A DNA stretch of 63,403 nt, filler included, from Octopus bimaculoides (Eukaryota), in assembly GCF_001194135.2 (NCBI RefSeq). It is 6 parts of 6 records of this genome, joined end to end, with 100 filler letters (N's around TTAATTAATTAA, not from the genome) between each part and the next. Parts side by side here need not be neighbours in the genome. Positions count along the whole stretch, not along the records: positions 44,930 to 58,412 come from NC_068988.1; positions 58,513 to 63,403 come from NW_026385233.1; 4 more parts are not named here. One strand, 5' to 3'. Positions 49,090-63,137 of this stretch are shown here, in pieces (position 1 is the first letter of the stretch; each line of letters opens with the position of its first letter). The notes below the pieces were generated by a model, which saw only the letters and a program-made list of their open reading frames with translations, was not told where the DNA came from and did not search any database. The translations under genes and the position numbers were made by a program.

Positions 49090-49266
49090 AGGCTCACATT
49101 AGGCAAAAAGTTGAAGTTTTTTTTTGGCCCATGATACTGCATGGACCCTAAGTAAGACATGCGTAAAATTTTAATGAAATCGGTTGGGTAGTGCTTGAGT
49201 TTTAGTCATGCACGCATACAGACAGACACACACACACACACATTCTCAGTTTTATACATATAGATT
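49090..49266 (-). mobile_element. Helentron/DINE-1-like non-autonomous element (one end)
   Basis: Reverse complement reads ATCTATATGTATAAAACTGAGAATG(TG)n(CTGT)n...CTAAAACTC...ATTTTAC.CATG.CTTACTTAGGG; same family as 58269-58412. Confidence 0.55.
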
Positions 49267-52182
49267 ATTTGATAATGCTTCAACAAGAAGAAAAGCATTT
49301 GATCAGCAAAACGATAAAAATAATCTTATAATAAAAACCACAAATCATGTTACGTACAACTACGAAAGGTTTCTTGATTGATATAATTTATTTCCCCATT
49401 TTCAAGCTCAGACGGTCTTGGTCTCCACTTGAAAAATGAGGAAATGAGTTATTATTTCAACCAGGAAACCCTAGATAGCTGTATTTAACAAGATTTTTGG
49501 TTTGTATTTTAAGATTATACACACATTCACACATGCACACATATATATATACATACTTATGTATGTTTGTATGCATTTATATATACATATATGCATATAT
49601 ATGTGTGTGTAAATATATATGTACCCACTTGTATCTTCTGTACAACAGGAAGCCACTTCTGGTTCCTCCCTGTCATATTTCAACCATACATCATTGTTAA
49701 ATCCTTGAAATGTTGGATTGATATAACACCCACATTGGTATACAGCATACTCAGTAAAACCAGTAAGGACACGACTATCTCTGACTGCCTATGACATACT
49801 CTGGTACTTCACGTACTTCTCTTTACTTATACTGACTTATTCCATTCATAACGTGAGAGGGGTGTACCATTATTACTAATTCCCTACATCCCCCATTTTA
49901 AGTTTTTCTTAGAAAGTGTCATTTTATTTAGCAATATTTTTATCCACCCCCACCTCCCTTTTTTTCATAAAATTCACACAACAAAAACTTTGTAAGTTTG
50001 TTAACTCTTCATGAGTTGTTAATTTCTTGTGGGCTGTTAAAATCCTCATAAGTTGTTTAAATCCTCCTCAAGTTTATTAATTCCTCATGAGTTCTTTAAA
50101 TCCTTGTCAAGTTTATTAATTCCTCATGAGTTGTTTAAATCCTACTTGCCACTGTTATATCCTTAAAATGTTGGATTGATATAACACCCATTTGTGGGAG
50201 GAGTGTACCATTATTACTAATTCTCTACAACAATCACCTAACTTTAGTTACCTCTCCCTTTACTGTATTCCCATGTAGTCAAAAAGAAACATTGTGAATT
50301 GATTTGGTAGGTGGAAAGTGAATGAAGTCTGTCTATATATACATCTGTGTGTGTGCCTTTATATTTGTGTTTGTCCCCCCTCCTCACCACTACTTGACAG
50401 CTGGTGTTGGTTTATGTTCCTGCAATTTAGTGATTTGGCAAAGGATGCATTGAATAAGTACCAGGCTTAAAAAATAAGTGGGATCGATTTATTTGACTAA
50501 ACCCTGCAAGACAGGGTCACAGCATGGCCACAGTCCAATGACTGAAACAAGTAAAAAAGATAAAAGAAGATATCATAACTGCTGGTGCCATAAAGAAAGC
50601 ACTCAATACACTCAGTAAAGTCGTTGGCATTAGGAAGGACATCCATCCATAGAAATTATACAAAAGCAAACACTGGAGTACAATGCAATTCACCAATCCA
50701 TCAGATACAGTTGGACCATCCAACCTATTCCAGTAGGAAAAACAAATGCTAAGAAATTATGATAAGTAAATACAGTTTCACTTAATTCTACTCACAATAT
50801 ATTGGTCAAAAGTAACTTCAGTAGAAAACATTGTCTTACAGCTAGACTGAGGCCAGAACTACAATGATATAAAGCAAAGTTCTTAAACACACAGCCAAGT
50901 CCTCACTTATAGCTGACATTTATCTAAACGATGTAGCAAATCTGTATTCCAGTTCTTGTTTAGTTGCAGCTTTTTCATTTCAATTGGCACTAATGCTCTT
51001 ACAAACAGTGTGGACACTGCAATTACCATTCACTATTCTTATCATCATTTTAGTAGTAGAAAACATTCATTGATAAATCTCTCAGATCACAATCATGTCA
51101 GATAACAGACACTGCTCTGTATTTCATTAATGCATAGAATATATACATGCATCGCTGTGTGTATGCAATGCAATAAACTGTTAAAATACAATTGTTATGG
51201 GCTACAAACTATTTCGTGCATCATGTAAACTTACATAATACATTCATCTAGACATTCTAGAGCTCAAAAGAAAGTCTTGCATCTTAACAGAAGAATGTAA
51301 TCTGGGTATGATTAGAGAGGAAATAGATAGGAGAGGACAGTAAAAGGAAAAAAGCTATATTAACTGATATTCTCATCCAAGCAAATAGAAAGATAGAAAA
51401 GTGCATATTTGTGTGAAAAGAGAGAAAGGTGTATGCATATGGAAAGATGGTGAGAAAATAGATGATAGATAATAGAGATGCAAGAAGTAAAATGGAATGT
51501 AGTTTTAAAAGTTTGGAGATTAAAACAAGGAGGCTTTAAAGTCATATGTGATTTGAAGTTAAATGACGAGGATGAACATTCTGTTTGGTGTGGATCTTTA
51601 AATTGCTTTTAATCTGATATTGTGATTGGAAGCAGTGCCTTTCAAAGACCACATATAAATTTTAAAAATCAGCCTTAATATCAGGATAGCCACTAATCTC
51701 CAAAATCTAACAATAGTAATGCCTTAATTGGCTGATAACAGCATAAACAATGCCAAGTTTATGCAATTTAATATTCTAGGTCTTTGCAGTTTTATCTCCA
51801 AATCTTTATAATAATATAGATAACACAAGTAATGATATATGTGAAGAAAACATTGCTATTTGAAAATGATTCAGCATAGATCAAGAAATCTGACCTAGTC
51901 TGGTCTTCTATGTGAGCATGGGTTCATTTGATGGTGTAGTCTGGTATTTCATCGCATTGTGTATTTTAGATTTTGTCAGAAAGATACACTTCAATAAATT
52001 TCAGTCTATTAGATGAGGAACAATTAGCTATTTCCAATAATGCAAACCGATAAATTTAGAAAACACATAATCCAAATCTTCGGTAATTTAGGACTAAAAA
52101 TCATTGTAGGAACTAACAGTGTCATAATTACTCTTAAGCAACACTATTGACTTTAGTACCAACATATGCAAATTTTATAATA

Positions 52183-52594
52183 CTATAAATCTTTGAGTAT
52201 AGTCCACCCTTGAGTATAATACACGGGATTTTTAGGGGGCTGTACCTCTGAAAAACCTAAACCTTGTGTATAATATGCACCCCTTCTCTAACTTGAGTCA
52301 AGGAGGTCTATATAACGTCCTTGGTTTGTAAGCATATATACAGTAACGTCCTTTATTATTATTGTATATATAACATAAGGCAAGTATATAGCTTTTTTGT
52401 GCACTTTGCAGAAAATAAAGAAATAATAGTAATAACATCAGTGAAAAATAAATATTTTGCCTTCACATATTTATCACTTAGAAAATTTTGCTTAGAAAAT
52501 ATTTTTCATTTTTAACCTCGTATATAGTATGCACTAGAAATTTTAACCTTTAAATTTTGGGAAAAAAGTGTGGATTATACTCGAGGATTTACTG
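52183..52594. mobile_element. pogo/Tigger-type MITE (TA target)
   Basis: Imperfect ~27-bp TIRs TA-CTATAAATCTTTGAGTATAGTCCAC and (reverse complement) TA-CAGTAAATCCTCGAGTATAATCCAC. Confidence 0.7.
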
Positions 52595-54549
52595 TACTGA
52601 TACGAAGCTCCTCCACATCAATACAAGATCATGTGACCCATCCATATTTTTTAAAACATAACCTGACACAAGGACATCTAACCAGTTCACAATTGTTAAT
52701 ATTTTTAATGAGACAGCCCCATATTATAAGGGAAGTGAATTTAAGGACAAGATAACTTATATGAAGACACCATTCTATAAAAATAGGTATGGTGCTAGAT
52801 TTAGTTCACTTCCTTTATTTGGTTAATGTAAAATTCAATTTAGATAAATTCTTTTTTAACTTAGTAAACGTGTCTCACTTATTAGACATATAGTAAATTA
52901 TACTTAAGTTACAATTGTACTGTAAATATGATAAATATCATATTGTAGAAACCCACAGCCCTACCTGAATACAATGCTGTTCTGAAGAAATACTAAGACG
53001 CTGAAAAGATTCTACAAGGCAAATGCCATTATCTCTCAAGCAAAGGTTAAGCTACAAAATCTCAACCAAGGCAATGCAATCAAGTGATATATAAAGGTAA
53101 TGGAAGGAAAATTTTAAGTCAAGTTATCACAAGTATCCACTAGTATATCCTGCTGTAGGCTATTGCTGTAGGTAATACATGTTTTTGTGGGTTCCAAGGG
53201 CAGAAAACGGAAGGGCCGCCCTAGGGGCACACACTCTAGCTACAAGTATCTATCACACTTTTAGAAATCAAAAAGTGACCAATAACTAAAATTTTCGAGC
53301 TACATCTGGCTTTGAAAGTGTTATGTCTCAAGCTACTGCTATCTAGCACCTTTGGATGATCTCTACTCGACTGCTACTCAACTCCCTACCACGGTCAGAC
53401 TATCTCTATTCATATGTCTTGGGCAATCCTACTTCTTCGCTTGGGGGCATCAACACAAAAGAAAGCCAGTGACTTCAGTTACAGTTCCAGTGGGAAAATA
53501 CTTGAAATATCCAAACTCGCCAAACTACGAAGTTGAGCAGAACCACCTTGAAGATTTAACACACAGATAATTGCACCTTGGTATCTACACAATAGTAGGT
53601 GCATTGATATTAGCACTACCTCTTAAATTCTACCATCTCATTTTAAAATTTAACACTTGACTCTTCCCATTTCACACTTCACTCTCCAGATTCTTTGCCC
53701 ACCAGTCTTTACCCCTACTATCCATCTGGCTTCTAATTTTCTATCTTCTTGCTTTCCTGTCTCACTTTCTACAAACATATGGAAGTATTTTCTAAGCTTC
53801 TATTTCGTTAGCGTTTCTCACAAGTACAGACAAGTAACTCACTGGATGAAAATATAAGTTATTTTTTTACCTTTTCTCTTTTGCTGGAAAACTCTCAATT
53901 CTTTTTTCCTATGATAACCTGAATGCATTTAGCATGCATCCAAAACTTACTCTCTCTTCTGTGAAGAAGCAGGACATTCTTATAAGTTCCAGAACAGCTA
54001 GATGAGTTTGTATTATAGGATGTGTGAAAAGTCAGTAGCCAAAAAATATTACATTTCAACAGTTGATTGTATTAAATAATTAAAATGATGATGATGATGA
54101 CGATGATGGTGGTGATGGTGATGGTGACGATGGTGATGATGATGATAATACAAACTAGCAGGAAATAAACAGGCATAGGAGTAAAATTATTCTTAATTAA
54201 CTAAACTGAGAAAAGTACACATTTTGCAGTTTTCTTGGTAGTCCACACTTTTTACAGGCAGTCCAATTTTATGAACAAAAAAATGTTTGTTATTGAGGCA
54301 AAACTCAGAAAATATCAAAGCTAAAAACTAATTATTTAATAAAAGTTTAAACTATTCTCAAAAAGCAAGTTTATAAATTAACATGATTAAGGCATACAAA
54401 AATGCCAATGATGAACTTGAAATGTAGTGGCGAAAATGTTTATAAGGTAGCAGTGAAGAAATTGAACAATGCCAAATGGAGAGGGATAAAGCAAATTTGA
54501 ACAAACTAAATTAAGACAAAAGGGGTCTAATCACATTCACATTGTTGAA

Positions 54550-54806
54550 TAAATACCATGAACACATGAGTCTCATCATACTGAAATTTCATCTGAAATG
54601 CACACAATACTGCCATGACAAACCAAGCTTCAGATAGCTAGCTTGAATATATCACAAGTCTCCTCATATATCAACCCTGAAAGGCACTTGACACCACCAT
54701 GATAAAGCATGTATCAGATCACCATTTTGATAATGCCTTGGATGTTATCTTGTACATCAGTATCTCCTATGCCAAGTTCTTTTCTGCTTTTGTTGCATCC
54801 AGAGAT
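54550..54806 (-). pseudogene. H4: Histone H4 pseudogene
   Basis: [54 protein letters not shown] aligns with H4 MSGRGKGGKGLGKGGA...[38 protein letters not shown]. Stops, a deletion and CpG-type changes; the 3' end is uncertain. Confidence 0.85.
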
Positions 54807-55770
54807 GATAAGTGTGGGGAGAGTAAACAAAAGTAGAAAAATAACAGTTAAACAGTAATGTAAACAAAAAATCAAAAAATAAATTACCATAAACAATCCT
54901 TACACCCCCAACGCCTATTATATGAAACGTTAAATTGTATGTCAAATTTGGAAATATAAGTATAATCGTATAAAATCTTAAATCTGATGAATGTATCTAT
55001 AACAATTTTATATAAAGTGCCCCAAGAAACATGCATTATAAAAAGATATGGAAAGAGTAAAAAGTAAAATGAAGAAATGCTATTAAATGCTATAAAAGAG
55101 TCCAAAGAAACTTTTTAAATTATTTATTTTCTTTATTCAGAAATTAAAAATTTTAAGTCAAGAAAAATTTCCGAGAAGAAAATAATTTAAAAGAAAATTC
55201 TTTAGATAATACTATAAGAGGATCTCAGCAAATGAAATGAAATTAGTAACAGATTTAACGAAGATTACTGAAATTCAGAAACCCATTTATTTTTATTGTT
55301 CATACACATACACATAATAGTTAAGTAGCTATCAATACAATAATACGAGGTTAGCAATGTGTCAGACCTCTGGATATTAAAGAAAAAAAATATTGGGGAA
55401 CATTAGAGAACTGACTTCATTGAAATATTATTAAAAAATATATATATAAAAGTTGTGGTCGTAGTAGCTCTGTAGTTGCTTGGTTTTGAAATAACAATTT
55501 TCACTCTTAAAAAATTTATCTAAGACTATTGTGTATATTGCTTTGTTATGTACATGATAATACTTAAAAGAAAAAGATGGGTTGGTTGTTGCTGAAATGT
55601 TTTTGATTAATTAAAACAGCAAGCATACCAACTGAACACTGAAGTATAATTATAATCATATAAAATCTTAGATCTGATGAACATGTCTATAAAGTGCTCC
55701 AAGATTGCCACACAGCACACTGTATGACTACCCAGATGCCATATATCTGACTACACTACAAAGGCAAAAC

Positions 55771-55851
<81 letters not shown>

Positions 55852-57176
55852 CAAGAAAGTTTCTGTTGCAAACTTTAAAATTTTTCTTTCTTGTTTTGTG
55901 GCAAACCAATTTCTTTCAGTTTTATACTCACTAACTGCCATCACTGCTTTCCTCTGAGCTTACTGTTTACTTAACATATACATATGTGTGTGTGTGTGTG
56001 TGTGTGTTCATACATGCATAAATAAATAAAATTTGCTTCCCAATCACACAGTTCCAGGTTCAGTCCTTATGCATGTCCTCTACTATAGCCACAGATTGTG
56101 CAAAGTCTTGTCAGTGAATTTGGTAGATGAAAGCTGAAAGAAGCCTGTCATATATATGTATGTGTATGTGTGTGTGTGTATGTCTACCAACACTGCTTGA
56201 TAACCTATGTTTATATCCTCATAACTCAGCAGTTCAGCAAAAAGAGCCTGATATAATAAATACCTAGCTTAAAATAAAACGTACTGGGGTCAATTCATTC
56301 AACTGAAATTCTTCAACGTGGTGCCCCAGCATGGCCACCATCTAATGACTGAAACAAATAAAATGTAGAAGATGTAAGATATTCCTTTGTTCTTTTATTG
56401 GTTTCAGCCAAAGGCTGGGGCCATGCTGGAGCACTGCCAGTAAAAGATAGGTAACAAGTAGATGTGAAAGTTAGCAATGCTGTTACATAGATCTGAAACA
56501 CCTGCCAGTTAAATATTTCGAATTTTAGTATAACAAACTAACCACATGGCCAAACTCCCATTTTTAGATCTATTTCTCCCACATTTAGATTATTTCAAGA
56601 AGCTTAACCATATATATATTTTTTTAATATATATATAACAAATATATGATGGTCTAAAGATGAATTTTGGCCTTACCCTCATTGAAATTTTTCACCATTT
56701 TCTCTCTATAATAGCTTTTTACAACCAGCTTTTAATGACATTAATGGAAATAGATTCCTCTCATTGAGATTTTTTTATTTCAGTGTAATTCATAAAAAAA
56801 AAAGAAAGAAAGAAGGAAACTATATTTTGATACTCTCCCATTTTTGAAACATATTTTAACTTTCTTTTTTTTTTTAGCCTAGCAATTTCCTATAATGTTT
56901 CAAAATATATTGAATACCTACCTTTTCAGATCTGGCCAAGATCAAATTTACCTTAATCCAGAATATGAATGATTTTCTAAAGTGTTTAAATTGGAATGTG
57001 AAAGTTGAAAGGAAATAGAAAGGACAAATGTGGTCAGTGTATTTTTAGTGTGAGCTTGAACTCATATGTCAGATTTATTTGGAAGCGTTGAGCCCTATAC
57101 AAATAAAAATGCTTTGACAGGTGTTGGTGTGTGTGAATACTTATATCAGTATCTATGGCTACATGATAACTAAGAT

Positions 57177-58223
57177 TTGTTAAACAGGGGTAAGCTAGAG
57201 GTAGTAGATAGCTTCTGTTATCTAAGTGACCAAATTAGTAGCAGAGCTAGATGCCCCGAGAGTGTAGCTGTGAGAATAAGAATAGACTGGGCAAAGGTCA
57301 GCAAGCTCCTACCTGTGCTGGCAACAAAGAACTTCTCCCTCAGAGTGAAAGGCAGATTGTATGATGCCTGTGAGCGAACAGCTATGCTACATGGCAGTGA
57401 AACATGGGCTGTAACCACTGAGGATATGTGCAGGCTTGAAAGAAATGAAGCTAGCATGCTTTGCTGGGTGTGCAGTATCAGTGTGGATGTACAACAAAGT
57501 GTAAGCATCTTGAGAGAAAATTTAGGCGTAAGAGGCATCAGCTGTGGTGTGTGAGAGAGACTATTGCATTGGTATGATCATGTGATGCATATGGATGAGG
57601 ACAGCTGTGTAAAGAAGTGCCGATCTCTAACTGTGGAGGGGAACTATAATAGAGGTAGACCCAGGAAGACATGGAACAAGGTGAAGAAGCATAATCTTTG
57701 AATGTTAGGCCTTATAGAGGCAATGACTAGTGACCAAGACCCTGATGATATACCATGCTTGAGAAGACCTGAGAAGCCAAGTTAAATCTAGTCATGGCCA
57801 ATGCTGGTATCACATAACTGGCACCCATGCTGGTGATACATAAAAAGCACCTTTTGAGTATTGGGCCTCACGGTGACAATGTGGCCAATGCCAGTGGCAC
57901 ATGGAAAACACTTTTCAAGCATTGGGCCAGACACAGGCAATGACAAATAACCGAGGTCTTTGGCAACATACCATGCTTGAGAAGAAGACCCATCAAGCCA
58001 AGTGAAATCACAGTTGTGGAAGATACTGGTGTCACACCATTGGCACCCATGCTAGTGGCATGTAAAATCACCCTGGCACTCTTGGAGTGGTTGGCATTAG
58101 GAAGGGTATCCAGCCATAGAAACCTGGCACATCAAACTGAGGTCTGGTGCAGCCCCTCAGCTTACCAGCCCTGGTCAAACTGTCCAACCCATGCCAGCAT
58201 GGACAACGGATATTAAATGATGA
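57177..58223 (+). mobile_element. RTE-clade LINE, 3' ORF fragment plus 3' UTR
   Basis: LEVVDSFCYLSD...VKGRLYDAC...MLHGSETW...GRPRKTW; the 3' UTR carries the family C tail and ends in ATGATGA. Confidence 0.9.
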
Positions 58224-58268
58224 GAGAGAGAAAGAGATGGGAAGGGATATTCTATAGGCTCTTCATCA

Positions 58269-58412
58269 TCTATATATATAAACATGAGAATGTGTGTCTG
58301 TCTGTCTGTGTGAATCCCTAAAACTCGAGAACTACGCAACCAATTTCATTCAAATTTTACACATGCCTTACTTAGGGTTCAAGTTGTGTTTTAGTCAAAA
58401 AATTTTTTAACT
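58269..58412 (+). mobile_element. Helentron/DINE-1-like non-autonomous element (one end, runs into a gap)
   Basis: TCTATATATATAAACATGAGAATG...(CTGT)n; matches 49090-49266. Confidence 0.55.
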
Positions 58413-58513
58413 NNNNNNNNNNNNNNNNNNNNNNNNNNNNNNNNNNNNNNNNNNNNTTAATTAATTAANNNNNNNNNNNNNNNNNNNNNNNNNNNNNNNN
58501 NNNNNNNNNNNNT

Positions 58514-58815
58514 TGGATACAGTGAATGTTTGATTTTTGTTGCTGAGGTCAAACCGTGCCTTTGTTAATAGCTTTTTCAAGTTTTTAGGTTGTCTCTTAC
58601 TGAGAGTTATATTTTGATCTGTAATGATATTTCTCAATTCCTTACTTTGTGCAAGGATCGGTACGTTCGCTTTGGCGATATTAAAGATGTTCTGGTGGCA
58701 TGGATTTTGTGTCACTATAAATGGAATGATCTTTTCCTGTTTGTCTTTTCTTTGCGGTGTCCTCAGTTGTTGTATAGGTATTTTCGAAGCCCGCTGAATA
58801 CCATTTTCTATGAGT
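58514..58815 (-). mobile_element. Penelope-like element RT-to-endonuclease linker fragment
   Basis: ENGIQRASKIPIQQLRTP...IIPFIVTQNP...SKRQPKNLKKLLTKARF. Confidence 0.8.
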
Positions 58816-58931
58816 CGTCACTCTTTTTTTTTCTTTTACTTGTTTCAGTCATTTTACTGTGGCCATGCTGGACCCCCCTATTTTTTAACCTACATAACAG
58901 CCTACTAGCAAATGTACCTATGTATGTATAG

Positions 58932-59784
58932 TCTGTAGGTATTGGGGTATCACTACTATCTACGTGTATTTCCTGTTTAGTACGGGGAACGTTTCATTTG
59001 TAGAGACGTACTCCTGTGTTTTCGTTTGCTTGGATAAAATGCGAATGTCAGATTAGCTCAGTGTGCCTCCATGTTGGTCTTTGATATGTTGGTAGAGCAT
59101 GAAGGACTGTTTTTTCTGATCATATTACCTCAAGTATACATTTATTCTTTTCGCAATACTCTTAGATGTCTCTCCAATGTATGCTGTGTTCTTGTCTTTA
59201 CAAGTACCCACTATGCACTTTCTGCTGTAGATTACATTTCTAGTTCTACAGTTAATGCCAGGGTTAATCTTACATACCACACAGTTTTCATTGGTGCATG
59301 CGGTATTTTCTGAGGGGTACGTGCTACATAACTGCGATCTGATAGTGCTCCCTATCTTTTCAACGGTCTTAATGTTGAGTTTGGTCTGAAGGTGGTTCTT
59401 ACGCTAGCTTCTGTAGTATGCGGAATCGTTCTATTTACCTGATTGTTGTTCTCAGGGTCCTGAGTGGGTACGGCCCAGCCACTCCAGCGCTCAGTAGTGC
59501 TTCTCGTCACTGCCGAGATAATGGTGGGTGGTCTTCTTCTCTGTGGGGAAGAATCTGCTTAGGTAGTTACGGTCATAGCTTAGTGTAAGGAGGAATCCCT
59601 TCGTGTTGACTTCGGGGAACTCACTCTCACAAATAATCTCGATGCATTTTTCCACAGCAAAATCTATGTCTATAAATGGGTAGAGTGAAACCACATCCAT
59701 ACTACCCACTACACAACCTGCGAGGTCGATAGAGTGGTTGCTACTGAGGATGTCCTCCGTGCTCACACACACATCCGGGGACAT
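58932..59784 (-). mobile_element. Internally deleted Penelope-like element (RT fragment plus GIY-YIG endonuclease), Naiad-like
   Basis: VVGSMDVVSLYPFID (RT), then LNIKTVEKIGSTIRSQL..CTNENCVVC..NCRTRNVIY..KCIVGTC..AYIGETSKS..HIKDQHGG; two in-frame TAA stops. Confidence 0.85.
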
Positions 59785-60094
59785 TTCATTGAGTGGTCAG
59801 CCTATAATTAATGGAGATATGTAAGTGGATATGTAAGTAAACAGATAGATACATATGTAAGTAGATAGATAGGTACATAGGTAATACGGACAGAAAAGCA
59901 CACACACATATGCATAAAAGGAAACGGAAGCAAATTACCATATAGACACACACACTCCACACACATGCATACACACAAAGACACATATGTGTACACACAT
60001 ACATACGAACACACAAATGTATACATACATACAAATGTATACATACACACAAATGTATACATACATATAAATGTATACATACACTGCCTTTGCC

Positions 60095-60505
60095 CGGACA
60101 CGATTTGTTGACCGTGCCTCGGCTCTTTCTTCTCGCACCCACCCCAGCCTTACTCGTCTTCCGTTTCCCCTCACATACCACACTTCCATTCTATCCCTAC
60201 CTTCACACATCCACAGCACAAATCATACTCTCTGTCTGTTTAACTCTTTCTCCTTCCTTCTGACCCCTCTCAACTTCAGTTCACTCTTGACATTAAAGTT
60301 TGTATACGGCGATCCCACACAAAGAAGGTTTTCTAGCACTTTATCACTTCCTTGACCCTCGGCCTGACCCTCAACCTGACACCTTCACACTTCGTCTGGC
60401 CGAACTTGTCCTCTCCCAAATATTCTCACAATTCACTGGTTCCACTCCCGAGCTATTTGGTATTTATATCGATGACTGTATCGACCAGACCATACTCTCC
60501 CGCGA
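60095..60505 (+). mobile_element. Fragments of a second, differently oriented Penelope-like element
   Basis: DRASALSSR...RLPFPLTYH (linker) and LYTAIPHKEGFLAL..FLD.RP...LRLAELVL...YIDDC (RT, deleted). Confidence 0.75.
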
Positions 60506-60689
60506 ATAGTTAGTTATTCTGTAGGTATTGGGGTATCACTACCATCTACGTGTATTTCCTATTTAGTATGGGGGACGTTTCATTTATAAGGACGTACTCC
60601 TGTATTTGTCTTCGTTGGACCCCTTCCTCTTCTTTGTCTAAGCTTTATGAGCTGTGTAGTGGTAGTACTGCTGAGGAAGGAGCCAAACA

Positions 60690-62760
60690 AGGGAAACCAA
60701 ATAGACAATTTAGGCACATATTCCTGCTGAACACAGGTTATAAGATTTTAACCAAGGTGTTAGTCAAGAGGTTGGTGGTTGGTGCTTGCCATCGAGAAAT
60801 AGGTTGGTTACGTGAAGGCCTGCGCTATCCCCAACAGATCTATTCGCGACAATCTCCACCTCACGCGCTACGTCATAGAGAAAGTAGGGAAGGAACCTGG
60901 CATGGATGGGGCCCTGATGAACTTGCATCAAATAAAAGCTTTTGATATGGTCGACCATCAATACATGGAAGCTGCCCTCGTGGTGGCTAGTTTCGGTCCC
61001 GCTTTAGAGGTTTGATCGCTGCAACATCTGTTCCATGGTCAAAATAAATGGCCACCGATCGGAGTACGTTAGCATCGCTCGTTTGGTCCATCAAAGATGG
61101 TTACTCTCACCCCTTTTGTATGTACTGTACGTTCTGTACTTCATTGCTAAGGAAGTTGGATATTTCGAGGGGCATCCCACATGGATGTGGAAGATTCTGT
61201 TGGCTTATGCGGACAACGTCACCGTAATAGAGTCAGACAGCTTACAATTCGAGGTAATTGGCACTACCTTAAGGGAGTATGACGCGTGACAGCAGCAAAA
61301 ATTAATCAGGACAAGTCTCGTCACCTCGAAAGGTAGGTCCATGCCAACCGACAACGTTGTAAGACACTAGACAAAAGGATCGGTTAAATTGCTCGGGGTC
61401 CAGTTTGGTCCCGACCTCCAGTTGGACAAGAACTGGTGAGCGAGGTGAGATCAGGGCGACCTGAAGGGTCGGGCGGAGGTGGTGAATAGCTACATCGCTT
61501 CCATCATCTACTACCGACTCACCATTGTCCCTTGCCCTGCTTCATGGATGATCAAGCTGAAGCGCTTGCTCTTACGTATTTCGCTTTTTGTGGAAGGGAC
61601 AGTTTCCGTTCGTCGGACGATCCATCTGCTGTCAACAGCCGCTGAATGGTGAAATAGGCATGCCGTGGCTAATAATGCGCAGCAATACGTTGAGTCTGCA
61701 CCAACTCCAGCGTTTTCATAACGGTGATCAGGTGTGGCTGTAGTTTGTCAGTCAGGATTTTTCGCAGCTCGTCTTATTGACGGAGCTAGTCCTGGATCCA
61801 GCTTAGATCGAGAAAGGGCGCTTGGTACCTGAAATGTCAGCAAGCGCTCACTGCACTGTGCCAGTGGAGTGATGCGGTCGGTGGAAGTTCTACATTGGAG
61901 ATCTATAGAGGATTAGTGGCGGGTAAGAGCGACGACGTCCTCAGGAAAACTCTGGGCGTCAGGAGAACGTGTGAACTGGGGTTATGGATAATTTACAGAA
62001 ATCCCAGAAATCCCTGGCAGAGCTACCGGGCAGCTCTGCCTTTCGAGACAAGCTCTACATACATGGAGGTGCTTTTAGACGGACCTGTCCGAGATGTGCG
62101 CAGGGAAAAAAAAAACATTCTGAGTGCACTCGTCTGAATATTACTGACTCGAGATTTGTCGAAAAGCTGTTGATGCGTGCAGGATGAATCCGCTTAATAG
62201 CTGAGTCCATTGTGAAGATTGTCCTGCCGCCTTCCTTTGGACGGGAGGCAGTTTTCCTGTCTGGTGACTATGGCAAAGGAGGTAGTGTGGTGGACGAGGT
62301 TAAAAGAGTGCTTTCTCTTTTGTCACGTCCTTCCTCTTTGGCCAAGCCCTTCCTCTTTGGCCAAGCCCTTCCTCATTGGCTAAGCCCTTCTTTAGCCTCA
62401 TCGACTATTTCAAATTACGCTCGGGAAGGAAAGTTAGGATAGAGAGGGAAGTATTGTGCTCCCCTCATATTTCTGTTGAAAATGCATAAATGTGATGAGG
62501 CTGGCCCGTGTCAATGGGCCTATTCTGAACATACGCTTGTAAGCCGAGGGGTTGAAAAGAAGAGAAGCACCTGCTGAAGTGCCCCTGACAGGATATGAGG
62601 TTTCTCGGTTGTCCTTGAATGGAATTCACCTTTTTGGGGAATTTTATTGTTGAATATTGTTGTTAATTGTTCTTGATTTAATTTTATACACGTAGTTTTG
62701 TGCTAATCCCCACTTGACCCTTTTAGTTTTGTGTTCGGCCTTCGTGGCTAATTGAGAACA
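60690..62760 (+). mobile_element. Decayed Tx1/L1-clade LINE (RT and 3' region)
   Basis: LLNTGYKILTKVL, IPNRSIRDNLHL, QIKAFDMVDHQY, LSPLLYVL and AYADNVT motifs spread over frameshifted frames. Confidence 0.85.
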
Positions 62761-63061
62761 TATTTTTTTCGATTGTTTTCCCGACCCCTAGGGCAAAGAA
62801 ATTCACTGTATACATTAGTAGGCTAAAAAGACAAGCCTACCAATAATATCCGGTTTATTAGCTTTGATAGATCGGTCTCTGCGTACTGGGAACTCCAAAA
62901 GTATCGTTCTATTTTCTCCCTCACTTACAGCCTCAGGGTAATGGTTATACTGCTTGTCAGCAGCAGATTTGATTTTATAATGCCGACATATTAACCAGTA
63001 TATATATTGGCAGACTTATGTCCTGAATTATATTCAACTGGTGCAAAGACTTTAAAGCAAT

Positions 63062-63064
63062 TTA

Positions 63065-63137
<73 letters not shown>

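Noticed and set aside
53955-54005. Possible hammerhead remnant (CTGTGAAGAAGCAGG...) after a weak PLE-like stretch at ~53300-53600
   Set aside because: No intact GAAA or stem II; too degenerate to support.
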